The notes below the pieces were generated by a model. It saw nothing but the letters and a program-made list of their open reading frames with translations, was not told the origin of the DNA and did not search any database. Made by a program: the position numbers and the translations under genes. A DNA stretch of 64,000 bases from Candidatus Latescibacterota bacterium (lineage in GTDB: Bacteria > Latescibacterota > UBA2968 > UBA8231), in contig CBDFJF010000001.1 of NCBI GenBank assembly GCA_965248265.1, positions 2,048,001 to 2,112,000 on the forward strand. The letters run 5' to 3'. Below are positions 29,492-39,198 of this stretch, piece by piece; the stretch's first letter is position 1, and every line of letters begins with the position of its first letter.

Positions 29492-30502
29492 ATCACTCAG
29501 TTCGCCATACAGCCTACCAACCTGGCAGCCGCCATCACCCTGATTGCCTCAGCGCATCGAGAGCAGGACACGGATTTCGCGGAGGATGTCAAAGACGGCC
29601 TGATGTCGACGCCAAAGCACCTGTCGTGTCGGTATTTCTACGACGAGGAAGGCTCTGCCCTGTTCGAAGAGATCTGCGGGCTTCCCGAGTACTACGTCAC
29701 CCGCACGGAGCACGCGATCCTGATTGAGAATGCCGCCGAAATTGCCTCGCTGTTCGAAAACCAGGTAGACCTGATCGAACTCGGCAGCGGCAGTGCATCG
29801 AAAACGCGTTTACTCATGCAGGCGTTGATCGCCCAGCATGGCCCGTTGCGCTTCATCCCCATCGACATATCGAGATTTGCTCTCGAAGAGAGCGCGAAGT
29901 CTCTAGTCGAAGAGTTCGATGGGCTCGAAATTCTCGCCGTCGCCGGCGAATACACCGACGGCCTGGAGTACCTCAAGCAGAGCACCGGCCAACCACGACT
30001 CATCCTCTGGCTCGGCTCCAACATCGGAAACTTCGAGCGCCCGGATGCTGCCGCCTTTTTCCAACGCGTCCAGGACACCATGCAGGAGCATGACCGTTTT
30101 CTCGTCGGCATCGACCTGCGCAAGGACCGCGCCGTGCTCGAGGCCGCTTACGACGACAGTCGCGGCATTACCGCACGCTTTAATAAGAACATTCTCAAAC
30201 GCGTCAATGCCCAACTCGGCGGTCACTTCGACCTCGACCGCTTCCGCCACCTCGCCCTCTACGATGAAGACCTCGGCAGGGTGGAAATGCACCTCGTCGC
30301 AAATTCCTCGCACACCGTTGCCGTCGATGCGTTGGAACTAAAGATCGAATTCGCCGAGGGCGAGACCATTCACACCGAGAACTCCTACAAGTACAGCCAG
30401 CAAGAGATCGAAGAGCTGATTGCCCGATCCTCGTTTCACCTCGAACGCCAGTGGTTCGACGCCGAGCACCGGTTCAGCCTGAATCTATTTGCTCCAGAGT
30501 GA
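29492..30502 (+). CDS. egtD: L-histidine N-alpha-methyltransferase
   Basis: FAEDVKDGL..PKHL...YFYDEEGS.LFEEIC.LPEYY.TRTE, ELGSGSASKT, GSNIGNF, AYDD..G.TA.FN, GETIHTENSYKY; conserved N-terminus lies upstream of the first ATG (29603), so the start is uncertain. Confidence 0.9.
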   Translation: MTQFAIQPTNLAAAITLIASAHREQDTDFAEDVKDGLMSTPKHLSCRYFYDEEGSALFEEICGLPEYYVTRTEHAILIENAAEIASLFENQVDLIELGSGSASKTRLLMQALIAQHGPLRFIPIDISRFALEESAKSLVEEFDGLEILAVAGEYTDGLEYLKQSTGQPRLILWLGSNIGNFERPDAAAFFQRVQDTMQEHDRFLVGIDLRKDRAVLEAAYDDSRGITARFNKNILKRVNAQLGGHFDLDRFRHLALYDEDLGRVEMHLVANSSHTVAVDALELKIEFAEGETIHTENSYKYSQQEIEELIARSSFHLERQWFDAEHRFSLNLFAPE

Positions 30503-30536
30503 TGTCATGACCGCTTTGGCAAGATTCGCCGCGTCA

Positions 30537-30691
30537 CAGGCGTTTCTCGGTGTGGCGCTCAGATTACCATTATCGCCCAATCAGCCTCCCATCGGGACTT
30601 ATCGCCGTTTAGAGAAACGCCAGCCTTCAGGCGTTTCTCGGTGTGGCGCTTAGTGTCACCACCAATGCCCGGTCACCCTATCAGCGCCACC
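30537..30691. repeat. Dispersed palindromic repeat, tandem copies B and C
   Basis: CAGGCGTTTCTCGGTGTGGCGCT at 30537 and 30628; copy B closed by the inverted TTAGAGAAACGCC at 30609-30621. Confidence 0.8.
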
Positions 30692-31798
30692 GCCACCGTA
30701 GTTGGCAGCCTCCTCCGCCCCCCCTGGTTGCTCAAGGCCCGCAATGACTTCGCTGCAAACCGCATTTCTAACCCAGAATTCAAACAGATCGAAAACCGCG
30801 CCGTCGACGAGGCCATCGCCTTGCAGGAGGAAGCTGGCCTTACCGTAATCACCGACGGCGAAATGAGACGCCTCTCTTTCCAGTCACAACTTCCAGAGGC
30901 CGTCGACGGCTTCGGCGAGTTTGCCCTTGGCGCCTTCTTATGGGGAGAATGGCACAGCGAAGGAGTAGGCAGCGAGTCCGTACCTCGACCCGCAGCTCTC
31001 GGCGTCGTCGACAAGCTGAAACGCAAACGTTACCTGTGCACCGAAGAATTCACCTACCTTCGAGCCCACACGCAAACCATACCCAAACTCAGTCTGCCCA
31101 GTCCCAGCCTGTGGGCGAACTTCTGGTCGCCGGAAAAATCCGGTCATGTCTACCCGACCCTCGATAGCTTCCTCGCTGATGTCGCCGATATTCTCAAGGA
31201 CGAAGTGGCTGAGCTCCTCCGGCTCGGCGCTACCTGTATCCAGCTCGATGCACCGCATTATCCGCTGCTGATAGATCCAGGAACCAGAGCCTTCTATGAA
31301 TCGCGCGGCTGGACCCTGGATCGCTGGTTATCGGCCGGCATCGAGCTCGACAACGCCGTCATCGGTGACTTTGTTTCCCAGGCCACATTCGGCATCCATC
31401 TGTGCCGCGGTAACCAGCAGAGCCGCTGGTTGGTCGAGGGCGGTTACGACGACATCGGGCAACGCATCTTCCGCGAAACCAAGGCCCAACAGCTTTTGCT
31501 CGAGTACGACGATGCACGCTCTGGTTCGTTCGAGCCGCTGCGGCATGTCCCAGAAGACAAGACCGTGGTCCTGGGCCTGGTCACGACCAAATCCGGCCAC
31601 CTCGAAGACCCTGCTGTCCTGATAGAGCGCATCCACACGGCCGGCCGATTTTTTCCGTTGGACCAGTTAGCATTGAGCCCACAGTGCGGTTTCGCCAGCT
31701 CTGTCGTCGGCAATTGTCTGACTCCTCAAGAGCAACAGGCCAAACTTCGCATGGTCGTCGAGACGGCGGCGAAGGTCTGGGACGGAGCGACCTCGTGA
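30665..31798 (+). CDS. Cobalamin-independent methionine synthase II family protein (MetE C-terminal-like)
   Basis: VGSLLRP, ITDGEMRR, IQLDAP, Zn ligands HLCRGN, LLEYD, LSPQCGFAS. Confidence 0.9.
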   Translation: MPGHPISATATVVGSLLRPPWLLKARNDFAANRISNPEFKQIENRAVDEAIALQEEAGLTVITDGEMRRLSFQSQLPEAVDGFGEFALGAFLWGEWHSEGVGSESVPRPAALGVVDKLKRKRYLCTEEFTYLRAHTQTIPKLSLPSPSLWANFWSPEKSGHVYPTLDSFLADVADILKDEVAELLRLGATCIQLDAPHYPLLIDPGTRAFYESRGWTLDRWLSAGIELDNAVIGDFVSQATFGIHLCRGNQQSRWLVEGGYDDIGQRIFRETKAQQLLLEYDDARSGSFEPLRHVPEDKTVVLGLVTTKSGHLEDPAVLIERIHTAGRFFPLDQLALSPQCGFASSVVGNCLTPQEQQAKLRMVVETAAKVWDGATS

Positions 31799-32757
31799 AC
31801 ATTCTTGGAATAGACGCCGGCGGCTCCAAAACTCGGGTCGCCTTCGGCTCGAATACCGACCTCGCCGCGGATTCGCTGCGAACGGAGACCTTCGGACCTG
31901 GCAACTTCCGACAAGTCGGCTCATCTGGAATACGCACGCTGGTTCGAGACATCATCTCTCGTTGCCACTTGATGAACCCGTCTGACACACTCGTCGTCGG
32001 TGGTTTTGCCGGCGCGGGGACAGTGGAGAGCCAGGAAGCGATAAGAGATGTTCTGGTAGAGGAAGGTTTCCACATCGACAACGTGCGCTCGATTACCAGT
32101 GATGGCGGCTTGCTGTTGTGGGCTCTCGGCAACGACGGCATCGCCCTTATTGCCGGCACCGGGTCAATCTGCATCGGCCGCCGCAAGGAATCGTCCACAA
32201 CGGACTATGTTGAGGCACGCGCGGGCGGGTACGGCTACCGCCTTGCCTCAGAGGTGGGTGGTTACGGGCTCGGCATCGGCGCCATCGATGCCGCCGTGCG
32301 AATCGAAGATGGCCGGCGGCAGCAGCCAACTGCCCTGTACGAACTGGTTGGGCAGTGTTTCAGATTGACAAATCTGCAACAGATCATCCCCCACCTTTAT
32401 CCGGCTGCCCAAGAGAAGGACGATGTGCGGGAAAAAGTCGCGACGCTGGCGAGCGGCGTGCTGAGAGCGGCCGCAACTGGAGACGGTGTGGCCTTGGAGT
32501 TGGTTGAGAAAGCCGTCGATGAGCTTGCGGATCTCATCCAGGCCGTATTCCACAAATTGGGAGCCCGATCCTCCCATGTCGGCCTGCACGGCGGATTGTT
32601 CACCGATCCGCATGCGCACGACCTGCTACTCGAGCCACTAAAACAGCATGTGGCGATATGCGAACTGCCACTGAAATTCGAGTCGCTGGGCGTGAAACCG
32701 GGCGACAGGGACCCTTTGCTTGAGGCGATGAAATTCGTGTCACCATCATCACCATAG
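31795..32757 (+). CDS. BadF/BadG/BcrA/BcrD ATPase-family (GlcNAc/MurNAc kinase-like) sugar kinase
   Basis: LGIDAGGSKT, IAGTGSICIG, RAGGYGY; GTGA overlap with the upstream gene. Confidence 0.85.
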   Translation: MNILGIDAGGSKTRVAFGSNTDLAADSLRTETFGPGNFRQVGSSGIRTLVRDIISRCHLMNPSDTLVVGGFAGAGTVESQEAIRDVLVEEGFHIDNVRSITSDGGLLLWALGNDGIALIAGTGSICIGRRKESSTTDYVEARAGGYGYRLASEVGGYGLGIGAIDAAVRIEDGRRQQPTALYELVGQCFRLTNLQQIIPHLYPAAQEKDDVREKVATLASGVLRAAATGDGVALELVEKAVDELADLIQAVFHKLGARSSHVGLHGGLFTDPHAHDLLLEPLKQHVAICELPLKFESLGVKPGDRDPLLEAMKFVSPSSP

Positions 32758-32913
32758 CGACTCGATCAGCGAATCGTGCGCTCCAAACATCGTACATGTT
32801 GCAATGACTCCCTGCGCTGCTTGTTCAGGCTCTCGTGCCATCGTAAGATAGCCCAGGCTTTCAAGCATCACAGCAATCTGACTCGAGCTGCTATAAACCA
32901 GGAGTGACTCTGC

Positions 32914-33609
32914 GTGCCATCATTCCCGGGCGTCAAAGCTCTCACCTTCGACCTGTTCGGTACTGTGCTAGACCTCGGCGGCAGTCTTACGCCTCACGTC
33001 GGCTCCTTCCTGAATCAGAAGGGATCATCCATCTCAGCGGATCAATTCTGGCAGCAGTGGCGCGCCCGACAGCGTCTCGAGCAGTTTCAGGATACCATCA
33101 TGGCGCTGGGTCACGGGGGCTACCTGGAGACGGTGCGCAGAGCCTTCGTCTACACTCTTGGCTTGAACCGAATCGAGGCCACGGAGGACGAAGTCACCCA
33201 GTTCCTGGAGTGCTGGCAGCAACTTTCGCCCTTCCCGGATGTCGCAGAGGCCCTTCCTAGATTGCGTGAACACTACCAGCTGATCGCGCTCTCGAACGGC
33301 GATGCCTGGTTTCTGGAGCATCTGGCCGCCAATCGCATTCACTACGACTTCGATCATATCATCTCGGTCGATCTGATCGGCGCCTTCAAACCGCATCCAG
33401 GGGTCTATCGAAGAGCTGCCACCATCGCAAGTCTCGAAATCGGTGAGTGCATGATGGTGTCGACGAATTCCTTCGACGTGGTCGGCGCCAGGGCATGCGG
33501 CATGCGCGGAGCGTGGGTCAATCGCAACCAGCTGCCCTACGAGGATACTCCCTACCGCCCAGATGTAACCGTTGACGACTTCACGCAGTTGGCTCAGGTC
33601 ATCGCCTGA
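32914..33609 (+). CDS. Haloacid dehalogenase type II-like HAD hydrolase
   Basis: FDLFGTVLD, LSNG, FKPHP.VY, FDVVGA. Confidence 0.88.
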   Translation: MPSFPGVKALTFDLFGTVLDLGGSLTPHVGSFLNQKGSSISADQFWQQWRARQRLEQFQDTIMALGHGGYLETVRRAFVYTLGLNRIEATEDEVTQFLECWQQLSPFPDVAEALPRLREHYQLIALSNGDAWFLEHLAANRIHYDFDHIISVDLIGAFKPHPGVYRRAATIASLEIGECMMVSTNSFDVVGARACGMRGAWVNRNQLPYEDTPYRPDVTVDDFTQLAQVIA

Positions 33610-33713
33610 GCGCAACCGGCGGCTTGCTTATATGGCGAGGTGCCATACAATCCGTATTACGATCACGAAACTGAATCCTGCAAGTACCATCCAATCAAGT
33701 TGGAGTCGATGAC

Positions 33714-34631
33714 ATGAACGTAGCAGATACCCGGACAGCCCTGACCGGCAATGCGGTCGCCGTGCCCCCGACGATTTGGCGCAGCGCCGGTGAACTGGAC
33801 CTGGATGCCAACGTCAAGAACGCCGAATTCGCTTTCGGGAATGGGATCTCCGCAGCCGTTTACGCCGGTGGGGTTGGTGAGCACGACCGCTTGTCAGCTG
33901 AGCAGCAGATTGAGTTACTGACTGCCGTGACGCCGGCGATCCGCGCCAAAGCCGGAAACGCCTGCATCGGCACAGGATTGGGCCGCACCTTGGAGCGTGT
34001 TAAAGAGTTGGTTCCGACTCTGGCGGAGTTGGAGATCGCCTACGCCATGATGATGCCGCCTGACACCGACGACATGGATGAACAGGTTGCCTACTACACC
34101 GAGGTCATGGGTCTTCTGACCGAGAACGGCATCGGACCCGTGTTGTATCCCCGGCCCGAGCATCCGATGAAGGCGGACATGGTAGAACGGTTGTTGGACT
34201 TGTGTGAAGTACCCGGTGTGAAACTGGCTAACAACGGCTTGCTGCTGGCCTATGCCGAAATGGTCGAGCGCCTCGGACACGGGCGCACCGCCTGGCTGTG
34301 CGGCACCGCAGGATGGTGGATGCCGGCTTACTGGTCAGTGGGCGCTGCCCGAGGCATGTCAACGGGTATCGGCAACGCCTTTCCTGACATACCCCTCAAT
34401 ATGTTGAAGCAGCTCGACGATGGCAGTTTCGAGCACGACAACACCTACTGGACCATGGTGCGCATCGAACAGATTCGCCTGCGTGAGAAATCCTACGTTG
34501 CCCTGGTCATCAAGCACTTGCAGGAACTGGCGGGCCTGACAGGCGGCATGAACGGGGATGGTTCTGAGTTGCCGGACGACGTCAAGGCCGAAGTAGAGGC
34601 GCTGGCGCGCGGTGCCGGCTGGCTCGGATAG
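33714..34631 (+). CDS. Dihydrodipicolinate synthase (DapA)-family class I aldolase/dehydratase
   Basis: TIM-barrel pattern with GGVGEH..L, PVLY, Schiff-base GVKL; divergent. Confidence 0.7.
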   Translation: MNVADTRTALTGNAVAVPPTIWRSAGELDLDANVKNAEFAFGNGISAAVYAGGVGEHDRLSAEQQIELLTAVTPAIRAKAGNACIGTGLGRTLERVKELVPTLAELEIAYAMMMPPDTDDMDEQVAYYTEVMGLLTENGIGPVLYPRPEHPMKADMVERLLDLCEVPGVKLANNGLLLAYAEMVERLGHGRTAWLCGTAGWWMPAYWSVGAARGMSTGIGNAFPDIPLNMLKQLDDGSFEHDNTYWTMVRIEQIRLREKSYVALVIKHLQELAGLTGGMNGDGSELPDDVKAEVEALARGAGWLG

Positions 34632-34647
34632 CGGCCACTCGCCGCGA

Positions 34648-35439
34648 TTATTCCGGTGCCTCGGGCAACGTCAACCCCAGCACGAACCCACCATCCACAC
34701 GCAGCACTGAGCCCGTAACATAATCGGCATCGTCGCTGGCCAGATAGGCCGCGGCCTTGCCGATGTCTTCGGGAACGCCCATCCGTCCCCAGGGAATTCT
34801 CTTTCCACCCGCTATCAGGTCTTCCTCGGTCGAGTACTTCCGCTCTCCAGGCGTGTCGATCCAACCCGGGTTGATGACGTTGACGTTGACATGCAGACGG
34901 GCTAGTTCCGCTGCCATCGTTCGTCCAAGATGATTGATCGCTGCCTTGGCCATGTTGTAGGCGGCGCTGGTCGGTATCGCCAGCTCGGCGTGCACGGAGC
35001 TGATGATGACGATCTTGCCGCGAGTGCGTCCGCTGATCTCCTGCTTGACCATCTGCTGTGCCGCCATCTGGCAGGTGTGAAACACCCCAAATTGCGCCAC
35101 GTCGGCCGTACGCTGCACATGCTCCCATTCAGCGTCGACGACCAGCTGTCGTTTGGAGGTGGCGGCATTGGCGACGGCGACGTCGAGCCGGCCGAAATGC
35201 TCCACGGTCGCATTCACGAGCCCGGCAACAGCCTCACGATCGCCCACATCAGCCTGCCAGACCATCGCCTTCCTCCCCATCTGGCGAATAGCCTCAGCCA
35301 CTTCCTCTGCCTCGTCCGGATGGGTGCGATAGTTCACGCAGACATCCGCACCCTCTTCGGCCAGGCACAGGGCGATGCCGCGTCCGATACCTCGTGACGC
35401 TCCAGTTATCAGCGCTACTTTGTCAGTGAATCGTTGCAT
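34648..35439 (-). CDS. SDR family oxidoreductase
   Basis: TGASRGIG, ANA, YNMAK, PGWIDT, VDGG. Confidence 0.93.
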   Translation of the reverse strand: MQRFTDKVALITGASRGIGRGIALCLAEEGADVCVNYRTHPDEAEEVAEAIRQMGRKAMVWQADVGDREAVAGLVNATVEHFGRLDVAVANAATSKRQLVVDAEWEHVQRTADVAQFGVFHTCQMAAQQMVKQEISGRTRGKIVIISSVHAELAIPTSAAYNMAKAAINHLGRTMAAELARLHVNVNVINPGWIDTPGERKYSTEEDLIAGGKRIPWGRMGVPEDIGKAAAYLASDDADYVTGSVLRVDGGFVLGLTLPEAPE

Positions 35440-35453
35440 CGTTCGACCGTCTT

Positions 35454-36158
35454 TCAATAAGAGATGTTGGGATACCAGTCCGTGCCGCGACCTTCCGGAG
35501 TCAGATCGAGCAGGTTCCACAGAGGCCATATCAGATCACAGTGACGCGGATTCTGACCCGCGGCGCTACCAGCGAAGAACAATTCGCTGTTGTAAGAATG
35601 GTGGATCTGCCCCTCAGATCGCACGAATACGTTCAGCGATGGATCCTGGTCGCCGTCCGCGTCCTCGGCGTAGTAGTCCTGGTTATAGGTGTTGTTCTCG
35701 GATGAGAGCAGCCGCAGATTGTGCCAGTTGCGCTCGGCCGCCCAAGCTCGAATTCTCGCCAGCGGCGCTCGGGCGACAATGACGAGATTGACTCGCGCTC
35801 GGGCGTGCAGGGCTGTGCCATTCAGGCTGTCCAGCAAGGAGGTGCACATCGGGCATGGTTTGTCGTCCGCACGGGGTCCGTACATGAATCCGTATATGAT
35901 CAGTGCGTCGCTGCTTGGACAGGTAAACAGGTCCGGCAGGCGCACCTCGTTGCTTGTGGTGGAGTCCGTCAGATCCGGCGCTCCCTCTTCGAACACGTAG
36001 TCCTCTTTGAGACGTCCGCCAGGAGGCAAGGTGCGCCGCAATGCCGCGACCTCTTCGATCTGTCTTCTCAGTTCGATCTCCCGGTCCAGCAGCCTGTCAC
36101 GTGCCTCTCGATACTCCGTGCTCTCACCAGGGAATTCCACATCGTGATGTCTGCCCAT
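35454..36158 (-). CDS. DUF899 thioredoxin-like protein
   Basis: FPGES.EYR.AR..LL..E, RRTLPPG, CPMC, LLDLTPEGR. Confidence 0.88.
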   Translation of the reverse strand: MGRHHDVEFPGESTEYREARDRLLDREIELRRQIEEVAALRRTLPPGGRLKEDYVFEEGAPDLTDSTTSNEVRLPDLFTCPSSDALIIYGFMYGPRADDKPCPMCTSLLDSLNGTALHARARVNLVIVARAPLARIRAWAAERNWHNLRLLSSENNTYNQDYYAEDADGDQDPSLNVFVRSEGQIHHSYNSELFFAGSAAGQNPRHCDLIWPLWNLLDLTPEGRGTDWYPNISY

Positions 36159-36199
36159 CGTCGACCTTCCTGAATCTATACTCGGTTTTTTCCGCTATT

Positions 36200-37141
36200 T
36201 CATGCCAGCGCCCTGTCAAAGAACAGGCGCAGCATGCGCTGTCTCTCAGCGGCGACGGCGCAACGGACACGCTGTCCCACTCTGTCGCCTTCATTCGCGT
36301 ACGGTCGTCGGTCAAATACTACCTGGCCGGCAGTAAGATCACCCTCTGTCTCGATATCGATCCAGTACTCTTCGTAGTCGCAGATCGATGCGTCTATCGT
36401 CGTCGCCACCGCCAGTGGATCGTGCAGGTAGAAGACTGCATCTCCGGACATTCTTTCAGCGTTGGCCATACCGACCCGAGTCGCATCCTCGCAGAACAGG
36501 ACAGCAGGTGATGAGTTGGTCTTCCTTTTCTGTTGGATCTCTTCCCGCGACAAATGCGCCATCCGCGTTGCGTCCAGGGGAACCAGACTCAGCCCTGCAC
36601 CGGACCTGATCACTGCCCTGGCGGCGTCAGGATCAACGAAGAAGTTGAACTCGCTGTGTGGAGCCACATTGCCGGGACTCTGCAACGCCCCTCCCATCAC
36701 GACGATCTCGTTGGCACACTGCAGAATACCGGGATCGTCCTGCTCGGCAAGGGCGAGATTGGTCAGGGGCCCCAGTCCGATCACCGTAACCGCACCAGGC
36801 TCTGCCCTTAATGCAAACCTCAGAAAATCGACGGCGTCACCGTGCGCGGAAATGGACGGCGCGGGCAATACGGCTTCGCCGAGGCCGGTCTCACCATGGA
36901 ACGCCTTGGCATGAACGGCATCCCGCCGCAGAGGACGCTCTGCCCCTTCATAGACGGGAATGTCTCCACGTCCGGCGAGCTCCAAAACCTTGAGCGCGTT
37001 TTCGACACCCAAGTTCAACGGCACGTTGCCGTTGACGACAGTGAGCGCCCGCACCTCTAATTCCTCAGAGCGCAGCGCCAATAGAATGGCAAGTGCATCA
37101 TCTACACCGGGATCGACGTCGAGAATGACAGGTTTCGGCAT
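36200..37141 (-). CDS. Inosine/uridine-preferring nucleoside hydrolase
   Basis: DVDPGVDD, GPLTNLA, EFNFFVDPDAA, LHDPLA. Confidence 0.92.
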   Translation of the reverse strand: MPKPVILDVDPGVDDALAILLALRSEELEVRALTVVNGNVPLNLGVENALKVLELAGRGDIPVYEGAERPLRRDAVHAKAFHGETGLGEAVLPAPSISAHGDAVDFLRFALRAEPGAVTVIGLGPLTNLALAEQDDPGILQCANEIVVMGGALQSPGNVAPHSEFNFFVDPDAARAVIRSGAGLSLVPLDATRMAHLSREEIQQKRKTNSSPAVLFCEDATRVGMANAERMSGDAVFYLHDPLAVATTIDASICDYEEYWIDIETEGDLTAGQVVFDRRPYANEGDRVGQRVRCAVAAERQRMLRLFFDRALA

Positions 37142-37254
37142 GGCGGGCGATTCCTGGGCGTTGCCCACGGACGTTAATCGCGATACGTTCCTGATTCAGA
37201 TAGACGGAATAGTAAGACACGGAACCAGCTCGATCTACCGACCCGTTTCTCCAG

Positions 37255-38028
37255 ATGCCCGACCCTGACCCGCAACTCGTCGAACTGCTCCGCAACGCCG
37301 GCGACATCCTCATCTTTACCGGCGCTGGTATCTCCACCGGCAGCGGCATCCCCGACTTCCGCGGCCCACAGGGCGTCTGGAAAACCCGCCAACCCGTCTA
37401 CTATCAGGACTTCATGACCTCGGAAGAAGCCCGCGTCGAGGCCTGGGATTTCAAGCTCGAGAGCTGGGAGTACTTCAGGGACGCGCGACCGACGGCGACC
37501 CACCGTGCCATCGTCGAACTCGAACGCTCGGGTAAGTTGACTATGGTTGTCACCCAGAACATCGATGGACTCCATCAGACAGCCGGCACTTCACGGGACA
37601 AGCTGATCGAGATCCATGGCACCAACTCGGAGATAGAATGCCAGAGTTGTGGCGAACGCTCCGAACCACAAAAGCACTTCACGCAGTTTGCCACGACGCG
37701 CCAGCCACCCGTGTGCCACTGTGGCGGCTACCTAAAGTCCGCGACCATCAGCTTCGGTCAGAACCTGGTTGAGGACGATCTTGAAGCGGCATCGAAAGCT
37801 GCTCAGCAGTCTGATTTGGTTGTAGCGTTGGGTTCCACGCTTGGTGTCTACCCAGCCGCCTCGTTACCTCTGATGGCCGCCGAGCGCGGCGTACCCTACG
37901 TCATCGTCAACCGCGGTGAAACCGAACACGACGGGCGCCGCGGTGTGACCCGTCGCCTTGAAGGTAATGTCGACGAGTTGTTCGCACCGGCCTGCCTGGC
38001 AGCAACCGGAGGATGTGGTTCGATATGA
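37255..38028 (+). CDS. cobB: Sir2-family NAD-dependent protein deacylase
   Basis: GAGISTGSGIPDFRG, TQNIDGLH, HG, Zn ligands CQSC/CHC, LGSTL. Confidence 0.9.
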   Translation: MPDPDPQLVELLRNAGDILIFTGAGISTGSGIPDFRGPQGVWKTRQPVYYQDFMTSEEARVEAWDFKLESWEYFRDARPTATHRAIVELERSGKLTMVVTQNIDGLHQTAGTSRDKLIEIHGTNSEIECQSCGERSEPQKHFTQFATTRQPPVCHCGGYLKSATISFGQNLVEDDLEAASKAAQQSDLVVALGSTLGVYPAASLPLMAAERGVPYVIVNRGETEHDGRRGVTRRLEGNVDELFAPACLAATGGCGSI

Positions 38029-39173
38029 ACGTCCAGGTCAGACAGCTGTCGGCTGCTGATTTCGAGGAAGCGATGGAGATGATGAACCTCGCCTTCTTCG
38101 CAGGCAGTCCGACCCAGTTCCAGCGCCTCGTGCCGAAGCTCTACAGGCCGACCGATGAGCTCATGTCGTGTAACTACGCCGCCATTATCGATGGCAGCAT
38201 CAAAGCCGTCGTCGGCGTGTTCCCGCTGGACTGGCACATCGACCGCTCCCTATTGCGCGTGGCCGGCATTGGTGGTGTCTGTACCCATCCCGACTATCGC
38301 CAGCGCGGCCTGATGAAACTGCTGATGCCCCACTGCATGCATGAGGCACGCATTCAGGGATATCACCTCTCATGGCTCGGGGGACAGCGGCAACGCTATG
38401 CCTATTTCGGTTACGAGACCTGCGGCGTGGGCATCAAATTTAATCTCAATAGGAACAACATCAGGCATAACTTTGAGTCGCCGTCACAGATCCGCTTTGA
38501 AGTCATCCAGGAAGATCACAGCGATCGGCTTCAGCAGGCGTGCGACCTTCACGCCGCCCAGCCCATACATGTGCAACGCCCCGAGGCGGACGTCTACCAT
38601 TATCTGAGCGGTTGGGGTTTGCTCCCCCACGCGGCACTGGAGGCCGGCAAGATGGTCGGCTATCTCGTCGCCGGTTCAGACCCAACGATCAACGAGCTCG
38701 TCGCCCGCGATCACGACACGGCACTGCGGATGGCGCATGCCTGGGTGGAAAACGGCGACGCCGGGAAAGCCCAAATCACGGTGGGACCCCTGGAAGGTGG
38801 GATGCTCTCCTCGTTGGGCGATATCAGCGAGAGCGTGACCATCGGGCACGCCGGCAACTGGCAGGTGTTCGATTGGGTGAGCGTCGTCGATATCCTGCTC
38901 AAAGCCCGGCACTCGAGATCACCCTTGATCGACGGTGTGGTGAGCTTGTCGATTGAGAGCTACGGGGTGCTGGAGGTTGAAGTGGGTGGAGGAGAAGCCG
39001 GTTGCCGCATGATCGAGGGCGTTGCCACCATCCACTGCGATACCCTGCTGGCGCACCGCCTTCTGTTCGGTCCGCTCAGGCCGTCGCAGGTGATGGAACT
39101 TCCGGCCGGAGCGGAGACATTGGACGGCTGGTGTCCCCTGCCCCTGTACATGGCACCGCAAGACCGCGTCTGA
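38025..39173 (+). CDS. Eis-like GNAT acetyltransferase
   Basis: GIGGVCTHPDYRQRGLM, RYAYFGYE, C-terminal SCP2-like region; ATGA overlap with cobB. Confidence 0.82.
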   Translation: MNVQVRQLSAADFEEAMEMMNLAFFAGSPTQFQRLVPKLYRPTDELMSCNYAAIIDGSIKAVVGVFPLDWHIDRSLLRVAGIGGVCTHPDYRQRGLMKLLMPHCMHEARIQGYHLSWLGGQRQRYAYFGYETCGVGIKFNLNRNNIRHNFESPSQIRFEVIQEDHSDRLQQACDLHAAQPIHVQRPEADVYHYLSGWGLLPHAALEAGKMVGYLVAGSDPTINELVARDHDTALRMAHAWVENGDAGKAQITVGPLEGGMLSSLGDISESVTIGHAGNWQVFDWVSVVDILLKARHSRSPLIDGVVSLSIESYGVLEVEVGGGEAGCRMIEGVATIHCDTLLAHRLLFGPLRPSQVMELPAGAETLDGWCPLPLYMAPQDRV

Positions 39174-39198
39174 TCTGGGACACGCTGAGTGCCCGCAC

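Noticed and set aside
24949-30691. CRISPR interpretation of the repeats
   Set aside because: Similarity extends through the would-be spacers, at most two adjacent units, and no cas genes
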